Source: a virus. Taken from it: DNA of 64,000 nucleotides. Both the position numbers and the translations under genes were made by a program. The stretch is from the IMG/VR virus record IMGVR_UViG_3300045988_179014, positions 64,001-128,000 of that record, one strand, 5' to 3'. Below, piece after piece: positions 27,804 to 34,808 of the stretch (position 1 is the first letter of the stretch; each line of letters begins with the position of its first letter). Under the pieces are notes generated by a model. The model searched no databases. It saw only the letters and a program-made list of their open reading frames with translations, and was not told the origin of the DNA.

Positions 27804-27876
27804 AGCCGCCATCGGGAGTCGAACCCGAGACCTCTTTCCTACCAAGAAAGTGCTCTACCAACTGAGCTATAACGGC
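27804..27876 (-). tRNA. tRNA-Thr (GGT)
   Basis: gccgtta ta gctc agttggtagagc, ctttc-ttGGTag-gaaag, T tcggg-ttcgact-cccga, tggcggc t. Confidence 0.75.
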
Positions 27877-27893
27877 AGATAATTATTATTCCG

Positions 27894-27969
27894 AGCCATC
27901 TATGGGATTTGAACCCATGACTTCCCCATTACGAGTGGGGTGCTCTACCAAAAACTGAGCTAAGATGGC
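27894..27969 (-). tRNA. tRNA-Thr (CGT)
   Basis: gccatct ta gctc agtttttggtagagc, cccca-ctCGTaa-tgggg, T atggg-ttcaaat-cccat, agatggc t. Confidence 0.75.
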
Positions 27970-27978
27970 AACATTTGG

Positions 27979-28052
27979 CGCTCCTAGTAGGACTCGAACC
28001 TACACTCAATGGTTTAGGAAACCATGACTCTATCCTATTGAGCTATAGGAGC
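27979..28052 (-). tRNA. tRNA-Arg (CCT)
   Basis: gctccta ta gctc aataggatagagt, atggt-ttCCTaa-accat, T gtagg-ttcgagt-cctac, taggagc g. Confidence 0.75.
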
Positions 28053-28065
28053 CCATAGATTGTTG

Positions 28066-28139
28066 TCTGGGAGGTAGGATTTGAACCTACGACTTCTCGC
28101 GTCCGAGGCGAGCGACCTACCAAACTGGCCTACACCCAG
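28066..28139 (-). tRNA. tRNA-Pro (CGG), C1:G72
   Basis: ctgggtg ta ggcc agtttggtaggtc, ctcgc-ctCGGac-gcgag, T gtagg-ttcaaat-cctac, ctcccag a. Confidence 0.7.
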
Positions 28140-28166
28140 ATATTTGGTAATTTGCTGTTTACTAAG

Positions 28167-28240
28167 TGGCCCCGGTGGGACTCGAACCCACACTGTACAG
28201 GTTTTGAAGCTGTCCCCTCTACCAATTGGGGTACGGGGCC
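28167..28240 (-). tRNA. type-I (short variable arm) tRNA with leucine anticodon CAA (reads UUG), A73; isotype uncertain
   Basis: ggccccg ta cccc aattggtaga gggg, anticodon arm acagc-ttCAAaa-cctgt (4 bp plus a C:C), variable acagt (5 nt), T gtggg-ttcgagt-cccac, cggggcc a. The body resembles Bacillus tRNA-Trp. The alternative TCA reading does not form a stem. Confidence 0.5.
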
Positions 28241-28276
28241 ATTGACCATAATATAAGTTCGTAGTTTTTATGATAG

Positions 28277-28349
28277 TACCCCGAACGGGATTTGAACCCG
28301 TGTTACCGCCTTGAAAGAGCGGTGTCCTAGGCCACTAGACGACCGGGAT
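28277..28349 (-). tRNA. tRNA-Glu (TTC)
   Basis: atcccgg t cgtc tagtggcctaggac, ccgct-ctTTCaa-ggcgg, taac, acggg-ttcaaat-cccgt, tcggggt a. Close to E. coli tRNA-Glu. Confidence 0.75.
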
Positions 28350-29143
28350 ATGTAGGAGAGTTAGAATTGCTCTCCTAATGACAACCTTTTGCTGGATTAT
28401 GGTTTCCCAGCGTTTCCACGATGTCCCCACCGTAGTTGCCGCGCCTGGTTGCTATGGACCAACCACTCCTTATGTCGTACACTACTCCACAGATTTGGTT
28501 TCGACAAGCGGTTGCAAGCCGCTCATCTGCACTACTTTCTTATGAACACAGTTTGACCTTGCGAGTCGCACCATGGCTGAGTTCCGGAATACGGCTCAGC
28601 ATTAAGACGCTTTCATATACAACAGGAAAAGGCTTTTGCTTTCTGCTAATCTCTCATTCCACGAATGAATATGGGGTATGACTAGAGATGTGCTTTTCCA
28701 TGAAGTTCCGCAACCTTTTGGGCTACAGAATGCTTCACACCTCTACTGCTTTCGTTGTCACACTACTTACAGTCTCGTTCTCATCTTGAACTCGCCAATC
28801 CAAGACTTAAACTCATGGTATCCGCTCTTGCTTGACAGGCTCGAACTAAATACCTCGCATCACAAGTCATTTATCCTTGTTGTTTGTCTTCTCTGTCCAC
28901 TTTGCGTAAGTGGCTGTGCTACACCGATTGGCTCTCGCACAGATGAAGCAACTCGGATAAATGGCATCCTACTCCTTTTGTAGAATGCGCCTTGGTGCAG
29001 TGCATGAAGTGCCTCTTGCGAGGTGGCAGGCTGTCAAACCCACCTTTCGCCATCTTGCGATGGTTTATGCGTCATGCCGCGTCGTCAGGGAAGAAGTTTT
29101 GACACTTCATGATACAGAAATCATTCATCTACATGATTCCCTG
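28350..29143 (-). ncRNA. ~800-nt ORF-free, GC-elevated, hairpin-rich segment inside the tRNA array: candidate large structured noncoding RNA (class unknown; strand assumed from neighbours)
   Basis: No minus-strand ORF of 60 aa or more; the plus-strand ORFs here overlap in three frames with no RBS. Many local inverted repeats (e.g. aggagag-ttagaattg-ctctcct, aagcgg-ttgcaa-gccgct, tggctgagttccgg/ccggaatacggctcagc). Bounded precisely by tRNA-Glu and the tRNA with anticodon TAG. Confidence 0.4.
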
Positions 29144-29218
29144 TTATGTAATGTGCCCTTGAGAGGACTCGAACCTCCAACCTTCTGAGTCTAAGTCAGA
29201 TGCCTCTACCAGATTGGG
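29144..29218 (-). tRNA. type-I tRNA with leucine anticodon TAG (reads CUA/CUG), A73
   Basis: gcccttg ta gccc aatctggtag aggc, clean anticodon arm tctga-ctTAGac-tcaga, variable aggtt (5 nt), T ggagg-ttcgagt-cctct, caagggc a. 75 nt, no long variable arm. Confidence 0.6.
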
Positions 29219-29386
29219 CTACAAGGGCATTAATATTCCTTGGTATTCACTGATTACTCTCGCTATAAAAACAAGAATAATCAGTGAACCAAGTAGCTAG
29301 ACTTATAGGGGCTACCCCGGCTAGCACCATGCGTTAGGGAGACCAACCAAGTTGACCTCCCCCTCAATGAGGACCTGAATCCTCAG

Positions 29387-29473
29387 CGGAGACGGCAGGA
29401 TTCGAACCTGCGGAAGGGATTGACCTTCACCCGCTTTCCAAGCGAGCGCTTTAGGCCTCTCAGCCACGTCTCC
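29387..29473 (-). tRNA. tRNA-Ser (GGA), long variable arm
   Basis: ggagacg tg gctg agaggcctaaagc, ctcgc-ttGGAaa-gcggg, variable tgaaggtcaatcccttc, T cgcagg-ttcgaat-cctgc, cgtctcc g. Confidence 0.7.
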
Positions 29474-29640
29474 ATTTAAGACTCTCTCTGAAGTTATCAT
29501 TTTCATGGTAGTTGTTGCTACTACTTTACCAGCTTAACCCATGGATTCCAATTTGTCAAATCGAGGTATTCCTCCAAACTTGGTCCATTCTTCAGTTGGT
29601 TTTACCAGTTTAACACACCTTTGAAAGCTATGTCAACTAG

Positions 29641-29732
29641 TGGCGGAGGACAAGGGAATCGAACCCTTACCGGAGTTGAATCCGGCCCTGTTTTCAAGAC
29701 AGGTGCAGCAACCCAATATCTGCCTGTCCTCC
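29641..29732 (-). tRNA. tRNA-Ser (TGA), long variable arm, CCA encoded
   Basis: ggaggac, cctgt-ctTGAaa-acagg, variable gccggattcaactccggt, T aaggg-ttcgatt-ccctt, gtcctcc g cca. Confidence 0.7.
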
Positions 29733-29791
29733 ATGGAGTTGTTGAATCAGTATACCATAGATTACACATTGATTCAACAACCACTATTGTT

Positions 29792-31375
29792 TTACTTTTC
29801 CCAAGGCCAACCAGTATCGAATCCTCTTTCAATGAGAGGAATCGTCTGGAACCCCTTATCAGACAATCCACCAAACGTGAATCGTCCGGGTTTATTGACA
29901 GCTTGTGCAGCTTCGTATCCAGCAAGATTCCAGGTAAAGGTTGGAACATTTGTTGGAACAACACCTTCAAATACGTCCACTGTACCACTATTGTAGTAAC
30001 GATTGTATCCAAAATAACCGTTCTGCTCATCGGTCAATAGGATTACTCTATCATGACCATTGTAGGCAGTTTCCAACGCAATACGTGTGTCAGTACCTCC
30101 AAAAGGCGCTGGCATGGCTTCTGCTACTCGAAGTAGGTCGTTTGAACGAATTTCCTGTTTCGTTGCCGAATCGTTGTACGTCCATACTTCTGCATTTTCC
30201 GCTCGCAGTGCTAGAGCAGCTGCAAACATATTAGCTGCATCTGAACGCAGTAATGTGCCTCTTCTTGACATATACGTATACATGGAACCGGAATTGTCAA
30301 CCAGAATAAGTGTACGTCCTGCCAATTGAGGAATATTGGATAGAGCGCCATTCGCCCCTTGTTGAAGCGCACCTGCAAAATCAAGCGGAGCTGACCGGTA
30401 AGCAGCCAAAAATTCTATAGGCATGGTGCGAGAATTTGCTACCAGTTTTTCATCTGCCAAAATGCTGTTGATTTTAGCAATAGTAGCAGGGCCAACACCT
30501 GAATCTGCAATACGACGTAAGTTCATACGCAACGCTTGATACCCCATGAAGGGAACGAGATTATCCCATACTTCAGCAGGAATCTTCCCCAAAGCTCCTG
30601 CCACAACTTCATGAGTCAACCGCGCTTTTCGGATGACGCGTTCAGCTTCATTCCCCGTTAGAAGTTCAACCTGTGCAGTCTTACTCAATGCCAAGAATTC
30701 ACGTCGTGCTTTGATGATGGGAAGGTTGCTGTCATCAAAATCGCGATTGTATGCATCAGCAATAACTGCATTGAATAAAGCTTCTTGGTGGATATCCTTT
30801 GGTGTGGGATGTGTCAGGTTTAACACATCTCGAAGTGACACAGCACCATTGGAAGCACGTCCACGCCACTTCAAAAAGGAAGTCTCGGTAAATAGGGTAT
30901 TCAGTGCATCTCCAACCCCACGTTTGACACATGAGGGGATACGGCGTCCATATCGAGACATCCAATACGCCAATACATCTGACGCTTCATCAATACGACC
31001 AATAGTAGCTCGTATAATGCCACGGTTCTTTCCAGCCAGTCCAGCATCCAACCGTGCTTTTACTGTTTCCACCGCAATAATGGTTGGGACTGAACGCAAT
31101 CCTACAACATTCCGTAGCCAACCGACTAAACCATGAACCCAATCAGCATCCATGGCAACATTGGATACTAATTTACTAATACGGTCTTGTCGTTCTTCTG
31201 CGGTTTCATAAAATGTGTCCTCATTGAGTGAAGTTACTGCGGTCAAGAACAGCTCGGAACGAGGGTCACGCTTATACCCAAATCCCCCTTCAGGATTTTG
31301 AATAACTTGACCAGTTGTTGATAATGGTCCTACAACATTCCGAACCTTCGTATTAGCATTGTTTAAACGAGCCAT
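29792..31375 (-). CDS. rsr: Ro60-related protein Rsr (TROVE domain plus von Willebrand A domain)
   Basis: 527 aa. C-terminal vWA with MIDAS TLILVDNSGSMY; N-terminal TROVE-like region. Size and architecture match bacterial Rsr. RBS AAAGAGAGG before the ATG. Confidence 0.65.
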   Translation of the reverse strand: MARLNNANTKVRNVVGPLSTTGQVIQNPEGGFGYKRDPRSELFLTAVTSLNEDTFYETAEERQDRISKLVSNVAMDADWVHGLVGWLRNVVGLRSVPTIIAVETVKARLDAGLAGKNRGIIRATIGRIDEASDVLAYWMSRYGRRIPSCVKRGVGDALNTLFTETSFLKWRGRASNGAVSLRDVLNLTHPTPKDIHQEALFNAVIADAYNRDFDDSNLPIIKARREFLALSKTAQVELLTGNEAERVIRKARLTHEVVAGALGKIPAEVWDNLVPFMGYQALRMNLRRIADSGVGPATIAKINSILADEKLVANSRTMPIEFLAAYRSAPLDFAGALQQGANGALSNIPQLAGRTLILVDNSGSMYTYMSRRGTLLRSDAANMFAAALALRAENAEVWTYNDSATKQEIRSNDLLRVAEAMPAPFGGTDTRIALETAYNGHDRVILLTDEQNGYFGYNRYYNSGTVDVFEGVVPTNVPTFTWNLAGYEAAQAVNKPGRFTFGGLSDKGFQTIPLIERGFDTGWPWEK

Positions 31376-31440
31376 GATAACCTCTCTTTACGGTTTATAC
31401 AGGGGATATCGCTGGTGTTTTGAATCCACTGAGAACCAGC

Positions 31441-31486
31441 AAAACAAATACTGTTTGCCATAATTCTGGTCAGTATTTGTTTATTA
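31441..31486. terminator. hairpin (caaatactg/cagtatttg) flanked by aaaa and tttatt; bidirectional terminator-like element between tRNA-Asp and rsr
   Basis: Seen directly. Confidence 0.45.
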
Positions 31487-31504
31487 CATCAGGGATTGAT
31501 TTTG

Positions 31505-31578
31505 CGACCCGTACCGGACTCGAACCGGCGACCTCTGCCGTGACAGGGCAGCGCTCTAACCAACTGAGCTAACGGGCC
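31505..31578 (-). tRNA. tRNA-Asp (GTC)
   Basis: ggcccgt ta gctc agttggttagagc, ctgcc-ctGTCac-ggcag, T gccgg-ttcgagt-ccggt, acgggtc g. Confidence 0.75.
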
Positions 31579-31592
31579 ATATTTTGTATTAC

Positions 31593-31667
31593 AAGATAGA
31601 GAATAATTTGTTGATGGTGGGTTAATATTGCGAATTGTGAAGTAACCATCAACTTCACTTCTATCTT
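31593..31667. repeat. ~75-nt palindromic structured element, copy B
   Basis: See copy A at 27040..27113. Both copies sit immediately 5' (in minus-strand sense) of a tRNA gene. Confidence 0.6.
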
Positions 31668-31725
31668 GTGTAGTTCTATAGTCAATTATTCAACACAAAT
31701 CAACATGTGTAGAAATATGTTGTTG

Positions 31726-31811
31726 TGTCCATGATGGGAGTCGAACCCACACGCCCTTACGGACACTGCGCCCTCAACACAGCCTGTCTACCAAATTTCC
31801 AGCACATGGAC
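31726..31811 (-). tRNA. tRNA-Leu (GAG), canonical type II
   Basis: gtccatg tg ctgg aaatttggtagac, ctgtg-ttGAGgg-cgcag, variable arm tgtccgtaagggcgtg (compare E. coli tgtccttacggacgtg), T gtggg-ttcgact-cccat, catggac a. Confidence 0.7.
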
Positions 31812-31936
31812 AAAATAATATATTAATTAATCTTAATAATTCTATGTTATTGTAACAATACCTTATCTGTTTTCAATAAAGCTTGTACATTGAAAATTGC
31901 TTTATTGACCATTGTTCTTTTTTTTACTAGTTTGGG

Positions 31937-32009
31937 TACGGATGACTGGATTCGAACCAGTGACCTTTTCCGCGTCATGGAAATGCTCTACCAACTGAGC
32001 TACACCCGC
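31937..32009 (-). tRNA. tRNA-Val (GAC)
   Basis: gcgggtg ta gctc agttggtagagc, tttcc-atGACgc-ggaaa, T actgg-ttcgaat-ccagt, catccgt a. Confidence 0.75.
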
Positions 32010-32100
32010 AGAATACTAGTTTCTGTCAATTACTATATTTGATTGTAATGTAAAAACAGTTATGACTATATGCAATAAATTATAGGCAATTTGTAATGAG

Positions 32101-32173
32101 TGGCACCAAAGGGAATCGAACCCTTGACCTTTCGCTTTTCAGGCGAACGCTCTGCCAACTGAGCTACAGTGCC
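32101..32173 (-). tRNA. tRNA-Phe (GAA)
   Basis: ggcactg ta gctc agttggcagagc, ttcgc-ctGAAaa-gcgaa, T aaggg-ttcgatt-ccctt, tggtgcc a. Confidence 0.75.
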
Positions 32174-32206
32174 AAAACTTAGTGATTATACTTTCACATT
32201 ATGTTG

Positions 32207-32279
32207 TGCGTTGCCTGGGACTCGAACCCAGAACCCACTGATTAAGAGTCAGTTGCTCTACCAATTGAGCTAGCAACGC
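32207..32279 (-). tRNA. tRNA-Lys (CTT)
   Basis: gcgttgc ta gctc aattggtagagc, actga-ctCTTaa-tcagt, T ctggg-ttcgagt-cccag, gcaacgc a. Confidence 0.75.
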
Positions 32280-32300
32280 GTGTTTTATAATAATTTGAGA

Positions 32301-32609
32301 TTACTCTTTGTCCCATCCTTCATGTTCTGGGTGTTTCTCCCAAAATGACTTCTTGTGAGAATGTGAGTGAAAAGGTTGAAGCAATTTGTTAATCCAGGGA
32401 ACCTGCTCACACAGCTCATGAGCACATTCATGGCACAACACAGCTTCGTAATCCGTTTCCCCTAACACACCAGAATGCCCTAAGTTGTCAACAAACATAC
32501 CATATCCACCGTAAAAGCCTATCCATAAAGCATTGTTGAATTGATAGTTAGTATTTTCATTGGGGAATTGTGGAGCCAATTCTGTTTCACAAGCTGTGCA
32601 TTGGGCCAT
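32301..32609 (-). CDS. small cysteine/histidine-rich (zinc-finger-like) protein
   Basis: MAQCTACETEL ... CHECAHELC. Start moved to the internal ATG at 32609 (GGGGAGAG upstream), because the track start overlaps the tRNA at 32646-32718. Confidence 0.4.
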   Translation of the reverse strand: MAQCTACETELAPQFPNENTNYQFNNALWIGFYGGYGMFVDNLGHSGVLGETDYEAVLCHECAHELCEQVPWINKLLQPFHSHSHKKSFWEKHPEHEGWDKE

Positions 32610-32645
32610 CGTTTTCTCTCCCCGGTCTAATTCGTATTTCTCCAG

Positions 32646-32718
32646 TGCCCTTGGTGGGACTCGAACCCACACTAAACAGATTTTAAGTCTGCTGCCTCTA
32701 CCATTGGGCTACAAGGGC
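32646..32718 (-). tRNA. type-I tRNA with leucine anticodon TAA (reads UUA), A73
   Basis: gcccttg ta gccc aatggtag aggc, gcaga-ctTAAaa-tctgt, variable ttagt (5 nt), T gtggg-ttcgagt-cccac, caagggc a. Same acceptor and D-arm as the TAG tRNA. Confidence 0.6.
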
Positions 32719-32723
32719 ATAAT

Positions 32724-32800
32724 TGGTACGGCAGGGGGGATTTGAACCCACCTATTTCCACTTTATAAGAGTGGCGCTCATACCGATTAGCATCTGCCGT
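32724..32800 (-). tRNA. tRNA-Ile (TAT), CCA encoded
   Basis: acggcag at gcta atcggtatgagc, ccact-ctTATaa-agtgg, T gtggg-ttcaaat-ccccc (one U:C mismatch), ctgccgt a cca. Confidence 0.6.
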
Positions 32801-32889
32801 ATGTAGTTTTCACATGTTGTTAAGTTGTGAATCCATTATAACTGATTCATCCAATATTTGCAACAATACTTCTCTTTGTTTTTTGCTAG

Positions 32890-32965
32890 CACCCTCGGTG
32901 GGACTCGAACCCACATCAATCCAATTATGCGCTGCCCGCTTAGAAGGCGGTGCCAGTACGAGGGC
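32890..32965 (-). other. aberrant tRNA-like gene with Arg anticodon TCT: acceptor, anticodon arm and T-arm present, no D-arm; 21-nt insert between anticodon arm and T-arm
   Basis: gccctcg ta ctggca ccgc-cTTCTAa-gcgg gcagcgcataattggattgat gtggg-ttcgagt-cccac cgagggt g (76 nt). The loop matches E. coli Arg(UCU) ccTTCTAAg. Confidence 0.4.
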
Positions 32966-33138
32966 ATGTTTTCATATGTTGGCGACTTGTCGGGTCTCTC
33001 ACCCGAAGCTCTGGAGTACAAGTCCAGTGTGTTCTTCCCAGAATAGATGACACAAACCACTTTTTCTGGTAGTTCTAGTCCTTGAGGAAGAATTTTGTGC
33101 TTCTTCCTCATTCTGCTAGACCTTACACCATCGCGTCG

Positions 33139-33212
33139 TCGGGAAGACAGGATTTGAACCTGCGACTTCTGGTACCCAAAACCAGCGCTCTACCAAACTG
33201 AGCTACATCCCG
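33139..33212 (-). tRNA. tRNA-Pro (TGG), C1:G72
   Basis: cgggatg ta gctc agtttggtagagc, ctggt-ttTGGgt-accag, T gcagg-ttcaaat-cctgt, cttcccg a. Confidence 0.7.
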
Positions 33213-33255
33213 GTATTTAAGAATATTTTATTGTAAATTATCAGACTAAATTCAG

Positions 33256-33328
33256 CACGACAGGAGGGATTCGAACCCCCATCTAACACTTTTGGAGAGT
33301 GTCGCTCTACCAATTGAGCTACTGTCGT
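33256..33328 (-). tRNA. tRNA-Trp (CCA)
   Basis: acgacag ta gctc aattggtagagc, acact-ctCCAaa-agtgt, T ggggg-ttcgaat-ccctc, ctgtcgt g. Confidence 0.75.
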
Positions 33329-33370
33329 ATGGATAAATGGCATCCTAATGTTAAAGTGCACACGAAGATA

Positions 33371-33649
33371 CTAGGTACTCTTTAACATCCATTTTTCATC
33401 CAGAATAGATGCTGCATTCTGGATATCTGTAATGGATAACACACCTTCAACATATGAGAAACTACTATTGTTATCACATATGCAAAAATCATAAATTGTT
33501 CCATCTTCAGCTAAGCCATAACAAAGATGAAACATGTCATCTATCTCAAAAGTAATGGATGCAATACGTCCATTACGATATGCGTCATGAAATTCAATGG
33601 ATGTTGGAGTTTTTCCTCGGCTTATCAAATCACCAACATATGAAAACAT
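33371..33649 (-). CDS. small hypothetical protein beginning MFSYVGDL
   Basis: Start moved to the ATG at 33649 to avoid overlap with the tRNA at 33672. The first 8 codons are repeated on the plus strand at 32966 (MFSYVGDLSG..., 26 aa). Confidence 0.35.
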   Translation of the reverse strand: MFSYVGDLISRGKTPTSIEFHDAYRNGRIASITFEIDDMFHLCYGLAEDGTIYDFCICDNNSSFSYVEGVLSITDIQNAASILDEKWMLKST

Positions 33650-33671
33650 GACATCACATCCTTCAATCACT

Positions 33672-33746
33672 TGGTGGAAGCTAGGGGATTCGAACCCCTG
33701 ACCCTCTGCTTGCAAAACAGATGCTCTACCACTGAGCTAAGCCCCC
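33672..33746 (-). tRNA. tRNA-Ala (TGC), G3:U70, CCA encoded
   Basis: gggggct ta gctc agtggtagagc, tctgt-ttTGCaa-gcaga, T agggg-ttcgaat-cccct, agcttcc a cca. Confidence 0.75.
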
Positions 33747-33780
33747 AATAATAAATATGATTGAAAATTATATACATGCG

Positions 33781-33853
33781 TTGGGACATTGGGATTTGAA
33801 CCCAAGACCTCATCTGTATCAGAGATGCGCTCTAACCACTGAGCTATGCCCCA
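33781..33853 (-). tRNA. tRNA-Ile (GAT)
   Basis: tggggca ta gctc agtggttagagc, catct-ctGATac-agatg, T ttggg-ttcaaat-cccaa, tgtccca a. Confidence 0.75.
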
Positions 33854-33882
33854 TTAATGTCTCTCATCAAGAGAGACAATTG

Positions 33883-33953
33883 CTGCCCCACCTGGATTCG
33901 AACCAAGATTAACTGAGTCAGAGTCAGTTGTGCTGCCATTACACTATAGGGCA
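33883..33953 (-). tRNA. tRNA-Gln (CTG), U1:A72
   Basis: tgcccta ta gtgt aatggcagcac, actga-ctCTGac-tcagt, T cttgg-ttcgaat-ccagg, tggggca g. Confidence 0.7.
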
Positions 33954-33982
33954 AGGAGAGTATTATTGATTACTTTGTATTA

Positions 33983-34037
33983 GGCCCAGTGGTGCTGTTG
34001 TTGTGGGCTGGTATTTTTTTGAGGTTACCACTGGGCC
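33983..34037. other. long inverted repeat ggcccagtggt/accactgggcc enclosing a T7 tract; terminator-like
   Basis: Seen directly between tRNA-Gln(CTG) and tRNA-Val(TAC). Confidence 0.4.
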
Positions 34038-34099
34038 AACAACATGGTTGGTATAACATAGGTTTTTTCTTATGAAATCACTATACCATAACTACCATG

Positions 34100-34176
34100 T
34101 GGTGGACACAGAGATAATCGAAATCCCGACCTCCTGGGTGTAAACCAGGCGCTCTAACCAACTGAGCTATGCGTCC
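34100..34176 (-). tRNA. tRNA-Val (TAC), CCA encoded
   Basis: ggacgca ta gctc agttggttagagc, cctgg-ttTACac-ccagg, T gggat-ttcgatt-atctc, tgtgtcc a cca. Confidence 0.7.
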
Positions 34177-34200
34177 ATTGTGAAACTAAGCAACATTGTG

Positions 34201-34273
34201 TGCTCTGAACGGGATTTGAACCCGTGTTGCTGCCTTGAGAGAGCGGCGTCCTAGGCCACTAGACGACCAGAGC
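34201..34273 (-). tRNA. tRNA-Glu (CTC)
   Basis: gctctgg t cgtc tagtggcctaggac, ccgct-ctCTCaa-ggcag, T acggg-ttcaaat-cccgt, tcagagc a. Confidence 0.7.
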
Positions 34274-34294
34274 ATAAAATGTTGGTTTTTATTT

Positions 34295-34367
34295 TGGAAC
34301 GGGTAAGGATTCGAACCTTACATATACCGGTAAAAGGCCGGCCGATTTGCCATTAATCTACCATTCC
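34295..34367 (-). tRNA. atypical tRNA-like with Lys anticodon TTT (odd T-arm/acceptor junction, C33); possibly a degenerate duplicate of tRNA-Lys(TTT)
   Basis: ggaatgg ta gatt aatggca aatc g gccgg-ccTTTta-ccggt atat taagg-ttcgaat-cctta c ccgttcc a. An extra nucleotide lies between the T-stem and the acceptor stem. Confidence 0.35.
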
Positions 34368-34547
34368 ATGGGCAATTTCTTACCCATTTTCTCATCCCCA
34401 TCCAAGACTCTAACTTGGATGCCCTTCCGGTGCATTATCTTTATGCTAATGGGGCAACCATAGGTTCATTCCATATTGTAGGACAAACTATTCGAATTCA
34501 TCTATCCTGACAAAAATGAATTGTTCCCGTAGGTTGGATTATATCCG

Positions 34548-34620
34548 CTCCTCCACCTGGACTCGAACCAGGAACCGTTCGGTTAACAGCCGAATGCTCT
34601 GCCAATTGAGCTACAGAGGA
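34548..34620 (-). tRNA. tRNA-Asn (GTT), copy 1
   Basis: TCCTCTGTAG 5' end as in E. coli tRNA-Asn; ttcgg-ctGTTaa-ccgaa, T cctgg-ttcgagt-ccagg, tggagga g. Confidence 0.75.
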
Positions 34621-34661
34621 ATATAGTATTACATTACAATAATACTTCAACATTTAGTTGG

Positions 34662-34736
34662 TACGCCCTGTGGGACTCGAACCCACGACCTACGGATTAA
34701 AAGTCCGCAGCTCTAAACCAACTGAGCTAAGGGCGC
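34662..34736 (-). tRNA. tRNA-Lys (TTT)
   Basis: gcgccct ta gctc agttggtttagagc, gcgga-ctTTTaa-tccgt, T gtggg-ttcgagt-cccac, agggcgt a. Confidence 0.75.
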
Positions 34737-34808
34737 ATGATAACTTCCCAATTTTTCCTTTGGATACTCGAAAACGCTCCATAATGGAAAAATTATCTCT
34801 GGGATGCG

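Noticed and set aside
28167-28240. Opal-suppressor or Trp(UCA) reading of the tRNA with loop gcttcaaaacc
   Set aside because: A TCA anticodon needs stem gacag/acctg, which does not pair. acagc/cctgt (4 bp) gives anticodon CAA. TGA is also used as a normal stop in this window (e.g. the DnaE N-half gene).
28350-29143. rRNA fragment, RNase P RNA or group II intron domain V in the ORF-free GC-rich segment
   Set aside because: None of the universally conserved rRNA stretches, the RNase P P4 strands (AGUCCGG / ACAGAACCCGGCUUA) or the D5 consensus could be found by eye. It is kept only as an unclassified structured-RNA candidate.
32890-32965. Possible amber-suppressor tRNA (loop ...ttCTAag)
   Set aside because: The only stem that pairs (ccgc/gcgg) places the loop as cTTCTAa, i.e. 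anticodon TCT (Arg) as in E. coli tRNA-Arg(UCU). The CTA reading leaves no helix.
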